A stretch of 64,000 bases of DNA from Nitrospirales bacterium (GTDB lineage: Bacteria > Nitrospirota > Nitrospiria > Nitrospirales > UBA8639): contig CBDBCZ010000010.1 of NCBI GenBank assembly GCA_965203295.1, forward strand, positions 32,001 to 96,000, written 5' to 3'. Position numbers and translations under genes: made by a program. Numbering within the stretch: position 1 is the stretch's first letter; every line of letters begins with the position of its first letter. The notes beneath the pieces were generated by a model that was given only the letters and a program-made list of their open reading frames with translations, searched no databases and was not told the DNA's origin. This document shows, one piece after another, positions 62,971 to 64,000 of the stretch.

Positions 62971-64000
62971 CTACTCACAGTTTGAACATGTCATTTCAAA
63001 TGATTTCTTTCTTTTGGCTCCTAAATTGGAAAGATGCTCCAATCGGTTCTGCTTTTCAATTAACTGCTGGAGAGCAGCTTCCCCATGATGGCAGGATGAA
63101 CGAAAGTAAGTTTTTGTGACATTATGATTTAACTTTTCCAAACCTTGTTGGGTGAACGGTAGGATACTTCCATAAACTCGCATAAATTCATGCACATGAT
63201 TCATCATGGCATGTATATATGGGGTAACCCTATCGGACTGGTATACGGCTACAAAGTCTCTCCCCCACTGCCTTGCTCTTTCTTCATATTCATTAATAGC
63301 AGTTTCTGGCAACTCATTTTTTTGCTTTGAAAGAATCTTGTTTAACGAATACAATTCTGACCATAGATGTTGAATTCTGCCACACTGGTCGGAGTTCGCA
63401 AGTGGTAGCAACTTCTGTATGTCAATACTTTGAAAAACTCTAAGCTTTTCTGGCCCAGTAAGTGAACGGCACTTGAGAGCCTTCGACGACTGACCAATGT
63501 AAAATTGAGAACCAGGAATGGCAAGTCCACAAATAAACTGTTCATACCCGTGTATGTGTTTGTACTTTGTGCAGTCAAAATTAGTACATTTTTTCACTTT
63601 GTCGACGCAGTCATGGAAACGGAGTTCAATTATCAGGAGATCAATGAGTACATCTGATACTCTAAGGAAAAGATGCCAATTATCAATAACGACATTGGTA
63701 AGGGGTATAGTTGGAAATAGAGGAGCGTTTGAAACATTGTATTCCTTACGCGATTTCGGAAGCTGTGACTGTCGGATGTTTTCTTCGATGGTTCTTGCAC
63801 CTAATGAAGTTTCTGACATTGACCACTGCCTATCTGCATCGTACCGTTCATCGTTTTTTACTTTGCACCATATATAGGCATACTTGCAACTGGCACAATC
63901 AACACCAGTAATTATGGCCAAGAATTTCAAGTCACCGCCAATATAGTACACTATCTTAAAACACATACCATTGTGCTCAGTTTCTGTTAAATGCTCAACT
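62971..64000 (-). pseudogene. RAG1/Transib/Chapaev-like DDE transposase, C-terminal part; starts outside the window
   Basis: GGDLKFLAIITG..IWC, VIDNWHLFLR, TPYIH..HV, FTQQGLEKLN; the terminal CSNC..GHNRLT knuckle is broken by a stop or frameshift. Confidence 0.6.

Overview
Eukaryotic DNA with GT-AG introns and microsatellites. An invertebrate, possibly a sponge, is my inference from the element repertoire. The window is almost entirely transposable elements and their relics; I recognise no host housekeeping gene, rRNA, tRNA or CRISPR array. The centrepiece is a four-level nest: (1) a BEL/Pao LTR retrotransposon (7344-31365), split by (2) an 18.3-kb AcademH-type DNA transposon (11826-30175; RecQ helicase plus DUF6589-type transposase), whose helicase is split by (3) an 11.6-kb TIR element (13154-24773) carrying a KDZ transposase head-to-head with a spliced DUF3987-like NTPase gene, whose first transposase intron holds (4) a Crypton-type tyrosine-recombinase element with an intact ORF. 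A second, divergent tyrosine-recombinase element lies at about 45708-47529. Both tyrosine-recombinase elements share one end architecture: a 140-180-nt strand-asymmetric hairpin (GNA triloop, G.A and G.T mispairs), short inverted repeats and a distal arm-like copy. Other contents: an IS3EU-like integrase, piggyBac and CACTA pseudogenes, several TTAA MITEs, an intact CRE-like non-LTR element, a two-gene DD34E IS630/Tc1 element and a RAG1/Transib/Chapaev-like transposase at the right edge. All family assignments come from motif recognition by eye, not database searches.
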